Below, piece after piece: positions 19,352 through 29,655 of a stretch of 64,000 nucleotides of DNA (positions are counted from its first letter, which is position 1; each line of letters begins with the position of its first letter). Origin of the DNA: Kiritimatiellia bacterium (GTDB lineage Bacteria > Verrucomicrobiota > Kiritimatiellia > RFP12 > UBA1067). Both the position numbers and the translations under genes were made by a program. The notes under the pieces were generated by a model. That model saw only the letters and a program-made list of their open reading frames with translations. It ran no database searches and was not told where the DNA came from. Location: positions 160,001-224,000 of the forward strand of contig JBMNFY010000007.1 of NCBI GenBank assembly GCA_050949565.1, read 5' to 3'.

Positions 19352-19385
19352 CTCTCAACGTTCAACGCTCAACGTTCAATGTTCA
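19352..19385. repeat. Heptamer tandem array (TCAACGT/TCAACGC type)
   Basis: CTCTCAACGTTCAACGCTCAACGTTCAATGTTCA; related strings near 53895 and 62800. Confidence 0.75.
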
Positions 19386-19395
19386 GGATTCAAGG

Positions 19396-19848
19396 TCAAC
19401 ACAGCACCGGAGAGGCGTGTGCGAGCAAAAAGAAATACGGATGCAGAATGCTCCGCAGCGAAGAGAAATTGCAAAAACCCGCCCTAGCACGCCGAAGCGG
19501 CGGCCGCATATTATCGTGAAATCTAGACCACACGACGTCCGGCGCACGGGTAAGGCGGAGCGCATCCGACGCAACGACAAGCCCGCCCCGGCGCGCGGGC
19601 AGCAGTGCGTCGCACTGTAGCCCGTCCTCGACGCCCGTCCAAGAAGAACCCGCCGCGTCGCCGCCTTGACCGCCCCATGACGATTCGGAATTCGCGACGC
19701 CGCCGGATGTGAGTGCGCCGAGCAAGGTTCCGGTGCAGACCCGTCCACCCGTCTGCAACAGGAACGCCAATGCGAACAGTGCCGCGAACGCCGCCCTGCG
19801 GATAACGTTCACGGACTGTCCGTTAGACTCTTGCCCAAAACGCTTCAT
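19396..19848 (-). CDS. Hypothetical protein with N-terminal hydrophobic segment
   Basis: 150-aa ORF starts 5 nt after the oadB stop and fills the gap; no family recognised. Confidence 0.35.
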   Translation of the reverse strand: MKRFGQESNGQSVNVIRRAAFAALFALAFLLQTGGRVCTGTLLGALTSGGVANSESSWGGQGGDAAGSSWTGVEDGLQCDALLPARRGGLVVASDALRLTRAPDVVWSRFHDNMRPPLRRARAGFCNFSSLRSILHPYFFLLAHASPVLC

Positions 19849-19853
19849 TTAAG

Positions 19854-21287
19854 TCATTTGCAGAGCGTGTAAAGCACGCCCGCGACCACCGCCGAACCGA
19901 TCACGCCCGAGACGTTCGGCCCCATGGCGTGCATCAGCAGGTAGTTGCTCGGGTCGGATTCCAGACCAACCTTGTTGGACACGCGTGCCGCCATCGGCAC
20001 CGCCGAGACGCCGGCCGAACCGATCAAGGGGTTGATCGGATCTTTGCAGAACTTGTTCATCAGGCGCCCCATGAGACATCCGGCACCCGTGCCGCAGGCG
20101 AAGGCCAAGAGGCCAAGTGCAAGAATACCCAGCGTTTCCGGATTCAGGAATTTTTCACACGCCAGCTTGGAGCCGACCGCAAGACCCAACATGATGGTGA
20201 CGATGTTAATGAGAGCATTCGACATGGTGTCAGCAATACGTGCGACGATAGGGCCAGCTTCGCGCGCCAGATTGCCGAGCATCAGCGCACCGACCAGCGG
20301 CACTGCGCTGGGAAGCAACAACGCGCAGAGCAGCAACACGATCAGCGGGAAGCAGACCTTCTCCATCTTCGAGACGTGGCGCAGCTGCTTCATCACGATC
20401 TTGCGCTCCGCGCTCGGGCACCATCGCCAGCGCATGATCGGCGGCTGGATGATCGGCACAAGAGCCATGTACGAGTAAGCCGCCACTGCAATCGCTCCTA
20501 GCAAGTGTGGAGCCAGCTTAGAGGTTAACCAGATGGCGGTCGGGCCGTCTGCACCGCCGATAATGCCGATTGACGCCGCCTCTTTTAGTCCGAAGTTGAT
20601 ATGCTCGGGGAAGATCATCGAGAGGCAGAGTGCACCCAGCAACGCGATGAAAATGCCGAACTGCGCAGCCGCGCCCAGCAGCGCCGTGCGCGGGTTGGCG
20701 ATCAGCGGGCCGAAGTCGGTCATCGCACCCACGCCCATGAAGATGATGATCGGGAAGAGACCGGTGTTGACACCGAATTCGAAGAAGTAGTAGAGAAAGC
20801 CGCCCGGTTCGAGCACCAGCTTCGTGGCCGCGTCCACCACCGGCGGCGCGGTGACATTCGCGAACGGCATGTTGGCCAGCAGCCCGCCGAAGCCGATCGG
20901 CAACAGCAGCAACGGCTCGAACTCCTTGACAATCGCCAAGTAGAGCAACACAAGGCAAACAAGGATCATGATCGCCTGGCCCAACCCGTACGGCAGTCCG
21001 AAGATGACTTTCACCTCCTGCCCCGGCATGTGGGCACCCGATGGCGTCAGATAGCCCTCAGTCAGATATTTCGGCGGGTCCTTGGAGAGGAACCCCTTGA
21101 TCCCGGTATCATCCTTGAGTTGTTTGACCTTACGGACCATCGTCCGCCAATCGTCGTCTGCGGCTGTCTTTGCGACCGCACCACTAGCCGTTGCAGCCGG
21201 TGCCGTAGGCTGCGCACCGGCGTCCGCCGAAAACGCCGGACCGGCAAGCGTGAGCGCGACCGCGCAAGTCAGAATAAAAGTCTTCAT
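19854..21287 (-). CDS. oadB: Na+-translocating decarboxylase beta subunit (upstream copy)
   Basis: Same motifs as 17270-18700 and near-identical along most of its length. Confidence 0.95.
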   Translation of the reverse strand: MKTFILTCAVALTLAGPAFSADAGAQPTAPAATASGAVAKTAADDDWRTMVRKVKQLKDDTGIKGFLSKDPPKYLTEGYLTPSGAHMPGQEVKVIFGLPYGLGQAIMILVCLVLLYLAIVKEFEPLLLLPIGFGGLLANMPFANVTAPPVVDAATKLVLEPGGFLYYFFEFGVNTGLFPIIIFMGVGAMTDFGPLIANPRTALLGAAAQFGIFIALLGALCLSMIFPEHINFGLKEAASIGIIGGADGPTAIWLTSKLAPHLLGAIAVAAYSYMALVPIIQPPIMRWRWCPSAERKIVMKQLRHVSKMEKVCFPLIVLLLCALLLPSAVPLVGALMLGNLAREAGPIVARIADTMSNALINIVTIMLGLAVGSKLACEKFLNPETLGILALGLLAFACGTGAGCLMGRLMNKFCKDPINPLIGSAGVSAVPMAARVSNKVGLESDPSNYLLMHAMGPNVSGVIGSAVVAGVLYTLCK

Positions 21288-21358
21288 AGCAAATTTCCAA
21301 AATTAGGTTAAGGTGGCGGGCCGATCGTGTGGTGAGACAGCGTCGGCCCGGTGACACA

Positions 21359-23185
21359 TTAGCCAACCACAACCAGCACTTCGCCGGTGTTGACCTTGTC
21401 GGTCTGGGCCACAAGAACGGCCTTCACCATGCCGTCGCAGGGCGAGACCACAGGCGTCTCCATCTTCATGACGTCCAGCACGACCAGCTCATCGCCTTCG
21501 GCGACGACGTCGCCCTCCGACACGTTGACGCGCAGAACCACGCCGGGGACTGCAGCCTTGACCTCGGTCTCCGCGCCACCGGCGGATGCCGCCGGGGCTG
21601 CCGGGGCGGCAGAAGCGGACGGCGCAACGGTGAGACCGTCGGCCACGCTCACGGCGTACTCCTTGCCATTCACCCGCGCCTTGCCATCCTTCAGCTCGAC
21701 AGCAAAGGCTTTGCCGTTGACCGTCACCGTATAGCCGTCCGGTTTAGCGCCGCCAGCGGCGGGCGCGGCCTTCTTGGCAGACGCGTTCTTGCGGATGCCG
21801 AGCTGTGCCTTGCCCTCGAGGAAGAGAATACCCTTCTCCTGACAGGCGGCGGCGATAAAGACGTTCTCGTCGTTGACCGGAAGGTTCTTGTCGGTCAGCA
21901 TCTTCGTGAAGTGGGCGATCGACTTATTCGGGTCGGCGTCGTTGATCTCCAGCACCGTCTTCGTGGTGGGCGGCAGATCGAGTTGTTCAGAAGCGATCTT
22001 GACAATCTCAGGGTCAGGCTCGACCGGCGTCTTGCCGAAGTAGCCAAGCACCATCTTGCCGTAGCCGGGGGCGATCTTCTTCCACGGCCCCTGCAGCACG
22101 TTGTTGAAGGCCTGCTGGAAGTAGAACTGCGAGACCGGCGTGACTGAGGTGCCGAAACCACCACGACGCACGACTTCAGACATCGCGGCGATGATCTCGT
22201 TATAGCGGCTCATCAGATTGTTGTCACGCAACATCTGGGTGTTGGCCGTAAGCGCACCACCCGGCATGGGGGACCAGGGGATCATCGGTTCGACCTTGGT
22301 CGCCTCCGGCGGTAAGAAGTAGTCCTTCATGCACTCGTTGAAGATCTTCTCGGCCTCGCGTACCTTGTCGATATCGACGTCCAAATGATACTCGCTACCG
22401 CGCAACGCATGCCACATGACGATCACGTCGGGCTGGCAGGTGCCGCCCGAGACCGGCGAGAGCGAGAGGTCAATCGCATCCGCACCAGCGTCGAGCGCGG
22501 CCTTGTAGGCAGTGACACTGCAACCGGCGGTCTCATGCGTATGGTATTGAAGCTGCGTGCCTTCCGGCAGCATCTTGCGGGCGCGCTTGATCGTCTCGTA
22601 GACGTAAGCCGGCACCGAGGTGCCGGAGGCGTCTTTGAAGCAGACCGAATCAAACGGGATATCCGCATCAAGAATCGAGCGCAACGTCTTCTCGTAGAAG
22701 TCCGGATCGTGCGCGCCAGTGCAGCCCGGGGGCAGCGCCATCATGGTCACCACGACCTGATGCTTGAGACCGGCCTCGTGAATACAGCGGCCGGAGTAGA
22801 TCAGGTTGTTGACATCATTGAGCGCGTCGAAGTTGCGGATCGTGGTGATGCCGTGCTTCTTAAAGAGTTGCGCATGCAGACGGATAACGTCCGACGAAGC
22901 GGAGTCGAGGCAGACGATGTTCACGCCGCGGGAGAGCGTCTGCAGGTTCGCGTCCGCCCCGGCCACCTCGCGGAAGCGGTCCATCATGCGGAACGAATCT
23001 TCATTGCAGTAGAAGTAGAGCGATTGGAACATCGCGCCGCCACCAGCCTCGAAGTAGGTAATACCGGCGTCGCGGGCCGCCGCCACAGCAGGCATGAAAT
23101 CCTCGGTGAGGACGCGGGTGCCGTAGACGGATTGAAAACCGTCACGGAAAGCGGTACACATGAAATCAACTTTTTTCTTAGCCAC
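21359..23185 (-). CDS. oadA: Oxaloacetate decarboxylase alpha-type carboxyltransferase with C-terminal biotin domain
   Basis: TAFRDGFQS, FDALND, CFKDASG, HTHETAG, MPGG, VTPVSQ, DVMKME. Confidence 0.9.
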   Translation of the reverse strand: MAKKKVDFMCTAFRDGFQSVYGTRVLTEDFMPAVAAARDAGITYFEAGGGAMFQSLYFYCNEDSFRMMDRFREVAGADANLQTLSRGVNIVCLDSASSDVIRLHAQLFKKHGITTIRNFDALNDVNNLIYSGRCIHEAGLKHQVVVTMMALPPGCTGAHDPDFYEKTLRSILDADIPFDSVCFKDASGTSVPAYVYETIKRARKMLPEGTQLQYHTHETAGCSVTAYKAALDAGADAIDLSLSPVSGGTCQPDVIVMWHALRGSEYHLDVDIDKVREAEKIFNECMKDYFLPPEATKVEPMIPWSPMPGGALTANTQMLRDNNLMSRYNEIIAAMSEVVRRGGFGTSVTPVSQFYFQQAFNNVLQGPWKKIAPGYGKMVLGYFGKTPVEPDPEIVKIASEQLDLPPTTKTVLEINDADPNKSIAHFTKMLTDKNLPVNDENVFIAAACQEKGILFLEGKAQLGIRKNASAKKAAPAAGGAKPDGYTVTVNGKAFAVELKDGKARVNGKEYAVSVADGLTVAPSASAAPAAPAASAGGAETEVKAAVPGVVLRVNVSEGDVVAEGDELVVLDVMKMETPVVSPCDGMVKAVLVAQTDKVNTGEVLVVVG

Positions 23186-23253
23186 GGTATGCTCCTTGCG
23201 GGATAGGTAATGGGTGTTAGGGGTTGTTGAAAAAAAATGGTTGGTGTTTGGTC

Positions 23254-23487
23254 TTAGTTTACGCGTGCTTGAGCCGCCGCAACCGCGATCGCGATCAGCA
23301 CGGTGTCGTCATCAGCCCGTGCGACAGGACGCGTCCGCTTCTTGGGCTCCTCATCCGGCAGGATGTGATTAAAGCGCGACACAATCGTAGTGGAGCGGTT
23401 CATGACCCAGACCAACAGGGCGAGGAACACGGAAACGATGCCCATGCCTGCGACCAGTAAGACCAAACCTTGTTGAAAAATAGCCAT
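23254..23487 (-). CDS. oadG: Decarboxylase gamma subunit (OadG family)
   Basis: GMGIVSVFLALLV transmembrane helix, IAIAVAAA tail, position upstream of oadA, GAGGAG RBS. Confidence 0.88.
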   Translation of the reverse strand: MAIFQQGLVLLVAGMGIVSVFLALLVWVMNRSTTIVSRFNHILPDEEPKKRTRPVARADDDTVLIAIAVAAAQARVN

Positions 23488-23528
23488 CTAGAGACTCCTC
23501 TGTGATGAAAATAACATTTTGCCGTCCG

Positions 23529-23558
23529 ATTATATCGGAAATCGGGGGGGGGTGTATA
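23529..23558 (-). promoter_or_regulatory. Candidate oad promoter with a C9 tract in the spacer
   Basis: Minus strand TATACA-CCCCCCCCC-GATTTCCGA-TATAAT. Confidence 0.45.
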
Positions 23559-23640
23559 GCTCAAAATTTAACTAAAAAATCGCCAAATCGCCATCGCCAA
23601 TCCGCCGGCAACACAAGCCTGACAACTTACGACCTCGCGA

Positions 23641-23681
23641 AAGAAAAGAAGGGGTTGCCGGAACTTGAAACCGGCAACCCC
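23641..23681 (-). terminator. Intrinsic terminator after the Gfo/Idh/MocA gene
   Basis: Perfect 11-bp stem GGGGTTGCCGG/CCGGCAACCCC followed by TTCTTTTCTT on the minus strand. Confidence 0.8.
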
Positions 23682-23699
23682 GACTTGAAACGCGTTGTG

Positions 23700-25082
23700 T
23701 CAAAGCTTCCAAGGCGCACGCATCGGGCGTTCCAGCATCCGGTTCGCCTCATCGTCGCCCGCGAACACCTCTTTTACGGGATCCCACTTGAGTGAGCGTC
23801 CCAGCTTATAGGCAATTATCACCAACTGCCCAAGCGATGCGGAGCGGTGCCCGATTTCCTCGTGCGAACTTGGACGCTCGCGGCTCTTGATGCATTCGAA
23901 CCAGTTGGCGTGATGGTTGTTGGCACCGCTCACCTCCCGCCGCGTCAGTTTCATTTCGTCGAACAGGCTCTCCGGCCCCGCCTCCAACTTGCCGCCGCCG
24001 TACAGGATCGTCAGCCAGCCGCGTTCGCCCACAAACACCCCGCCAAAATTCCCCACCAAGCGTGCCTCTTGTGGCAGCACGTCTTTGTATAACTTCTTGG
24101 CCTGATCCCAGTTGTCGACATGGTGCAGCAGAACCCCATTGGCATAACGGCAGGTCAATGTCGGGTAGCCGCCGTCTGACGGCTGAATCAGTTCAACCGG
24201 ACCGCTCTCCTCAAGGCCCAGTGCGTACTGGATCACATCGGTCGCGTGCGAGTGGTAGCCGGTCGACGCCCCCAGTCCGAAATCTTCGCAGAAATTCCAC
24301 GGCACCACACCCGGAATCGGATTGCGGTGGTAGTGATGGTTGTACGGATGCCACGGCGCGGGACCGACCCACTGCTCCCAATCCAAACCTTCGGGCACCG
24401 GTTCTTCCGGCAACACCGGATTCAGCGGCACGCGTGATTTGCCGAGCAACGGAATGTTCTGCCACCCCCAGATGGTAAAGACATGCTTCACTTTACCCAG
24501 CCCGCCCGCGCGCACGAAAGCGATCGCCTGGTTGAGCGTCTGCATCGAGCGGTACTGCGAGCCGGTCTGGAATACGCGCTTGTTGGCGCGCACGGCTTCG
24601 ACCAGCGCACGGCCTTGGCGCAGCGTCAGCGAAACTGGCTTTTCGCAGTAGACGTCTTTGCCCGCCTTTACCGCATGCACGGAGATCGGCGTGTGCCAAT
24701 GGTCGGGCGTCGCCACCACCACGGCATCAATGTCGGCGCGCGCCAACATTTCGCGGTAGTCGGAGTAGGCCGCGCATCCGCTGTAGCTGCCTTCGGGACG
24801 CGACACCGCGTAGTTCGATTCGACAACCTCCTTGCCATCTTGGCAACGCGACCGGTCGGGATCGCACACCGCCAACACCTGAATGCCCTTGTCACCGACC
24901 AGCCGCCGCAAATGTCCCCGTCCCATGCAACCGTGTCCGACCAGTCCCACAGCGATCCGGTTGGCCGGTGCTGTTGTCCCGTCGGCGCCGCGCGCCGATG
25001 CGGGCACGATCCACGGCATCGCCAGCGCGCCTGCCGTCCCACTCATGAAAGCCCGACGTGATAGTGAATGCTTGAGTGACAT
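23700..25082 (-). CDS. Tat-exported Gfo/Idh/MocA oxidoreductase
   Basis: SRRAFM Tat motif, ATPDHWH, DVYCEKP, FQTGSQYRS. Confidence 0.92.
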   Translation of the reverse strand: MSLKHSLSRRAFMSGTAGALAMPWIVPASARGADGTTAPANRIAVGLVGHGCMGRGHLRRLVGDKGIQVLAVCDPDRSRCQDGKEVVESNYAVSRPEGSYSGCAAYSDYREMLARADIDAVVVATPDHWHTPISVHAVKAGKDVYCEKPVSLTLRQGRALVEAVRANKRVFQTGSQYRSMQTLNQAIAFVRAGGLGKVKHVFTIWGWQNIPLLGKSRVPLNPVLPEEPVPEGLDWEQWVGPAPWHPYNHHYHRNPIPGVVPWNFCEDFGLGASTGYHSHATDVIQYALGLEESGPVELIQPSDGGYPTLTCRYANGVLLHHVDNWDQAKKLYKDVLPQEARLVGNFGGVFVGERGWLTILYGGGKLEAGPESLFDEMKLTRREVSGANNHHANWFECIKSRERPSSHEEIGHRSASLGQLVIIAYKLGRSLKWDPVKEVFAGDDEANRMLERPMRAPWKL

Positions 25083-25096
25083 CTCTTCCCCTTTTC

Positions 25097-26824
25097 CTAT
25101 TTGCTCAACGACAAGCTGAGCTGATTGAAAAACTCAATACAACGTTGCACAGGCGGCTCGTTCTCCAGCCAGTCACGTGAATACTCGAGCCCCACCATGA
25201 CCGGTTTTACCTGTAGTTCGTGCATTTTGCGCAGCAGCGCCTCGGTCTGTCCCGCGCCGCTTCCCCACGGCACATCAGCCCCCTTCGGCCCCGCCACGTC
25301 CAAGTCGTGAAGTTGCAACGTGATCAGGCGATCTTTCAACTGCTCGATGCCCTTGACCGGATCGATCCCGTCGCGTATCCAGTAGCCCACGTCCGCGCAC
25401 GCCCCCATGTAACTGCTGCGTCCCGCGCACACACGCAGGATCGCCTCGGGGCTCCAATAGTGCGGCGAGGCCTTGCGGTCATGGTTGTGCAGCCCGACTT
25501 TGATGCCGTACTCCTGACAGAAGCGATCGATCATCGGCAGCGCCTCCACCGCCGGTTCCGTCATAAAAACCTCAATGCCCATCTTACGCCCGAACTCAAA
25601 AACCGCGCGGCATCCCGCTTCATCGTTCGGGATAGTATGGTAGTAGTAGGTCAGCATGCGCACGCCTGCTTCGTCCATTTTCAGCCGGATGGCTTGCAAC
25701 TCATCGTCCGAGAGGTTCGGCGTGAAATTCTTGGGGATATCCTTGCTAACCTTTTGGAAACTCAGGCCGCCGACATACGGCAACCCCAGCTTCGCGGTCT
25801 TCTCGATGGTTTCGAAAAGGGTGTACTTGTGGAAAGTGTAGGCCTCGATACCCAACCGCCATCCCAGTTTCTCCTGTGCCCGGAGCGCCGGCGTGAGCAG
25901 ACCGCTCGGCAGGGTCGGTGCGGGCAGGTCGCCCAGCGCGAACTGCGCACCGGCCAGGAAGAACGGTAGCAGGTTCGGGTTTTTGAAGATCGCCGGATGA
26001 TGTCCGAACCCCGCGTAGAACACGCGCCCGCGCCCGTACTGCCGGACCCACGCCATCGCGTAATCCTTGTCCGCGCGATACGCGCCGTCGCGCGGCTCGT
26101 TGGAAAGGTCGGTCCGTTCGGTATCGATGCTGAGCAGCACGCGGTTGCGCCGACGCGAGTAGGTGCGCTGCGGACGGAAGAACTCATCCTGCAGCTTGAA
26201 ACCCTGACCGCCGAAACAGGCGAGCAGCGGATGGTCGGGATCGTCAAGCTTCATGAAGACCTGCTCATCCGCCGCACGATGAGCCGCGCCACGCGTCCCC
26301 AACATGATGCCGTACTCCGGCCAATCCTCTTTCCCGCCCTCTTTCCAACGCAGGAAGGCCACGGAAGCACCGTGTACTCCCATCAAGCCGCCGCCTCCGA
26401 CCACGAACTCCAGCAGATTTTTCCGCAGTTGCGGATCGGTAAAGAGATTGCCGACCGTGTTGTTCAGAAAGACAGCGTCGAACTGCGCCAGCGACTCACG
26501 CTGGAACACCGCCGGATCACGCGAAATGACCGTCTCAAACGCGCCGGTCTTTTGGCCCATGAGCGTGAAGGCCTGCTCGGCCGTCGGGATCGAACGGTGC
26601 CCGCCGTATTCCACATTCAAACTGAAGATCAACAGCTTGCGCGGCCGCAGCGGTTTGACCGGCGCAGTCGCCGGCAAAGCTGCCTCAATCGCGGCCCGCT
26701 CATCCGATCCGGCTGCGAGACCGCTGATCGGACATGTCAAGACCGCCGCACCCAAAGCCGCGTCCCGCAAAAACGCCCTACGTGAAAACCGACCTCTCTC
26801 CCCTACTCCGGCATCGTATCGCAT
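25097..26824 (-). CDS. Tat-exported ThuA-like domain fused to a sugar phosphate isomerase/epimerase TIM barrel
   Basis: SRRAFL, DAVFLNNT, WVRQYGRGRVFY..GH, then GLHNH, DVGYW, LHD, GLEY. Confidence 0.85.
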   Translation of the reverse strand: MRYDAGVGERGRFSRRAFLRDAALGAAVLTCPISGLAAGSDERAAIEAALPATAPVKPLRPRKLLIFSLNVEYGGHRSIPTAEQAFTLMGQKTGAFETVISRDPAVFQRESLAQFDAVFLNNTVGNLFTDPQLRKNLLEFVVGGGGLMGVHGASVAFLRWKEGGKEDWPEYGIMLGTRGAAHRAADEQVFMKLDDPDHPLLACFGGQGFKLQDEFFRPQRTYSRRRNRVLLSIDTERTDLSNEPRDGAYRADKDYAMAWVRQYGRGRVFYAGFGHHPAIFKNPNLLPFFLAGAQFALGDLPAPTLPSGLLTPALRAQEKLGWRLGIEAYTFHKYTLFETIEKTAKLGLPYVGGLSFQKVSKDIPKNFTPNLSDDELQAIRLKMDEAGVRMLTYYYHTIPNDEAGCRAVFEFGRKMGIEVFMTEPAVEALPMIDRFCQEYGIKVGLHNHDRKASPHYWSPEAILRVCAGRSSYMGACADVGYWIRDGIDPVKGIEQLKDRLITLQLHDLDVAGPKGADVPWGSGAGQTEALLRKMHELQVKPVMVGLEYSRDWLENEPPVQRCIEFFNQLSLSLSK

Positions 26825-27016
26825 GAAACCCCCTACCACTCAAATGATGGCTGATGACTGTTTTTCAACTATGGTAAGACTGTACGCCGGAACTGCTCCC
26901 CGCGTCAACGAAAGAAAATGTAACGCGGCGTTGCCTTGCCACATCCCGGCCAAACATGTTAACCTTCCAAACAACTCCGTTCGGTTGTACCGAACATTAC
27001 TCTCAAAGGGGAAACC

Positions 27017-28411
27017 ATGACGACATCACGTAGAAGTTTTCTTAAGGGCGCCTCGCTGGCAAGTGCGCCGTTCATCCTTCCTTCACGCATCTGGGCCGCT
27101 GAAACCAAGCCCAACGACAAGCCGCGCATGGCCTTCATTGGCTTCGGTATTCAGGCGCGCGGACTGCTGGGGAATTTCTTGCACCAAGATGTATCGGTTG
27201 TTGCCATCTGCGATGTCGATACCACCCGCCGCGAGGAAGCAGTCCAGCGTGTGGATAACTTTTACAAAAACAATCCAAACAAAGGCACCCCCGGCAACTG
27301 CAAGGGATACAACGATTTCCGTGACGTCATCGCACGCAAGGATATCGACCTCGTCTGCGTCGCCACGCCGGATCACTGGCATGCGTATATCACTATCGCC
27401 GCAATGGCCGCCGGCAAGGATGTCTATTGCGAGAAGCCGCTGACCTACAACATCCACGAGGCCGTCGCTGTGATGGCCGCCGCGAAGAAATACAAGCGCA
27501 TCCTCCAGACCGGCGCGATGCAGCGTTCCGGCTTTGAATTCCTGACCGCCGCCGAACTGGTTCGCAACGGTTGCATCGGCAAGATCAAGCATGTGGATTG
27601 CAACTTTGGCGGCCCTTCGCGTCCGCACGTCGACCCGAAAGAAGACATCCCGATGGAACCGGGGCTCGACTGGGATCTGTGGTGCGGCGGCGCGCCGCTC
27701 GTCAAGTACAACGACAAGCTTTCGCCGCGCGGCGTCCACAACTTTTTCCCCATGGTTTGGCGCATGGATGACCTTTTCGGTTCCGGTTATTGCGGCGACT
27801 GGGGCGCGCACCACCTTGATATCGCCCAGTGGGGTCTTGGCATGGACGAGAGCGGCCCGGTGAAGGTAATCCGCGCCGAGCGTTCTGAAAAGGACAAGGC
27901 CAATGTCGAACTCGGCGGCCGCGCACAATCCGGCGTGGTGCTCGAATTCGCCGGGGGCATCACCCTCAAGCACAATCCCTTCTCGCTCTTCGGCACGATC
28001 TTCCACGGCACCGACGGCACGATCTCGGTCAATCGCGGTAAATTCGAGATGACCCACGGCACCGAGTTAATCTCGCGCTTCACCAAAAAAGAAGATGGCG
28101 GCTCGCTCGACGGCGCGCTCGCCAAGGCGCGCAAGGCGTTTCTCACAGACAGCACGTACAAGACCAAGCTCTACAAAACCAAGGGCGGACATCCGGCCGA
28201 TTTCGTGGCTTGTGCAAAGTCGCGTCAACCGGCCTGCTCCAACGAGGATGTCGGCGGCCGCGCGGCCATCCTCTGCCATCTCTGCAACATGTCGTATGTC
28301 CGTGACGCTAGCTTCGACTGGGATCCGCGCAAGAACACCTTTGCCAACGGTACCGGCAATGCCGCCTGGCTGGTGCGCGAGGGTGGTTACCGCTCCAAGT
28401 TCTCGGTCTGA
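27017..28411 (+). CDS. Tat-exported Gfo/Idh/MocA oxidoreductase
   Basis: SRRSFLK, ATPDHWH, DVYCEKP, DWGAHHLDIAQW. Confidence 0.92.
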   Translation: MTTSRRSFLKGASLASAPFILPSRIWAAETKPNDKPRMAFIGFGIQARGLLGNFLHQDVSVVAICDVDTTRREEAVQRVDNFYKNNPNKGTPGNCKGYNDFRDVIARKDIDLVCVATPDHWHAYITIAAMAAGKDVYCEKPLTYNIHEAVAVMAAAKKYKRILQTGAMQRSGFEFLTAAELVRNGCIGKIKHVDCNFGGPSRPHVDPKEDIPMEPGLDWDLWCGGAPLVKYNDKLSPRGVHNFFPMVWRMDDLFGSGYCGDWGAHHLDIAQWGLGMDESGPVKVIRAERSEKDKANVELGGRAQSGVVLEFAGGITLKHNPFSLFGTIFHGTDGTISVNRGKFEMTHGTELISRFTKKEDGGSLDGALAKARKAFLTDSTYKTKLYKTKGGHPADFVACAKSRQPACSNEDVGGRAAILCHLCNMSYVRDASFDWDPRKNTFANGTGNAAWLVREGGYRSKFSV

Positions 28412-28438
28412 TTGACCCGCATACGAAAGGAAACCCAC

Positions 28439-29599
28439 ATGACCTCTTTCACCTGCTACAACCCGGTAAAGCTCGTGTTCGGCAAAGGCATGATCGCCGA
28501 ACTCAAAGACCTCATTCCGCCCGACCTGACCGTCATGCTTACGTACGGCGGTGGTTCGATCAAGAAAAACGGCGTGTACGATCAAGTGCGCGCCGCGCTC
28601 GCAGATCGCACGGTGGTTGAGTTCGGCGGCATTGAGCCTAATCCGCGTTACGAGACCTGTATGCGGGCTGCGGAGTTGGCGAAGAGCGAAGGTGTGGGTT
28701 TCCTGTTGGCGGTTGGCGGCGGCTCGGTATTGGACGCTACCAAGTTCATCGCCATTGCCGCCCTCTACGATGCGGGCGATCCGTGGGAGATCATGGAAGG
28801 ACGCGCGCCGATTGAAGCCGCAATGCCGCTGGGGGCAGTCCTGACCCTCCCCGCCACTGGATCAGAGATGAACACCAATGCGGTCATCTCACGCGAATCG
28901 ACCGGTGAGAAGCTATCGTTCGGTTCGCCGCATGTCTATCCGCAGTTCTCGATCCTGGATCCGGAAACGACCTATTCGTTGCCGGAACGCCAGACCCAGA
29001 ACGGCATTGTCGACACCTTTGCCCATGTGATGGAGCAGTACATGTGCGGCATCGGACGTGCGCCGCTTACCGAGCGCATGGCGGAGGCGGTTCTCATCAC
29101 ACTGGTCGAGGAAGCTCCCAAAGTCAAAGCCAATCCCGATGACTATGAGGTGCGGGCCAATCTGATGTGGTGCGCCACCGTCGGCCTGAACGGTTGGCTC
29201 GGCTGCGGTGTTGCGGCGCAAGACTGGGCCACGCACATGATCGGCCACGAGTTGACCGCGCTGTACGGCATTGATCACGGCCGCACCCTGGCTGTGATCA
29301 TGCCCGCTGTACACAGGCATCAGCTTGAGCGCAAACTGCCGCGACTCGTGCAGTGCGCCGAGCGTGTCTGGGGCATCACGCAGGGTGAGGATAAGGACCG
29401 CGCCGCGCAGGCGATCGACCGCATGGAGGCTTTTTTCCAGTCGGTTGGTGTACCGACGCGCTTGAGCGCCTACAACGTGGATGCGGATGAGGCCGCTCCG
29501 CTTGTCGCCGAGAGGTTGGCGCGGCGCGGCGTCAAGATCGGCGAATATGGCGACCTCGGCGAACAGGCAGTGCGTGAGATTGTCATGCTGGCGCGATAG
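28439..29599 (+). CDS. Iron-containing alcohol dehydrogenase (YqhD/BdhA-like)
   Basis: YGGGSIKKNG, GGIEPNP, GGGSVLD, TLPATGSE, DWATHMIGHELTA..HG. Confidence 0.93.
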   Translation: MTSFTCYNPVKLVFGKGMIAELKDLIPPDLTVMLTYGGGSIKKNGVYDQVRAALADRTVVEFGGIEPNPRYETCMRAAELAKSEGVGFLLAVGGGSVLDATKFIAIAALYDAGDPWEIMEGRAPIEAAMPLGAVLTLPATGSEMNTNAVISRESTGEKLSFGSPHVYPQFSILDPETTYSLPERQTQNGIVDTFAHVMEQYMCGIGRAPLTERMAEAVLITLVEEAPKVKANPDDYEVRANLMWCATVGLNGWLGCGVAAQDWATHMIGHELTALYGIDHGRTLAVIMPAVHRHQLERKLPRLVQCAERVWGITQGEDKDRAAQAIDRMEAFFQSVGVPTRLSAYNVDADEAAPLVAERLARRGVKIGEYGDLGEQAVREIVMLAR

Positions 29600-29655
29600 A
29601 CGCACCGCTTTGGCGTTCGGGCCGCAGCGTGGACACAGTTTTAAGGAGGACACGC

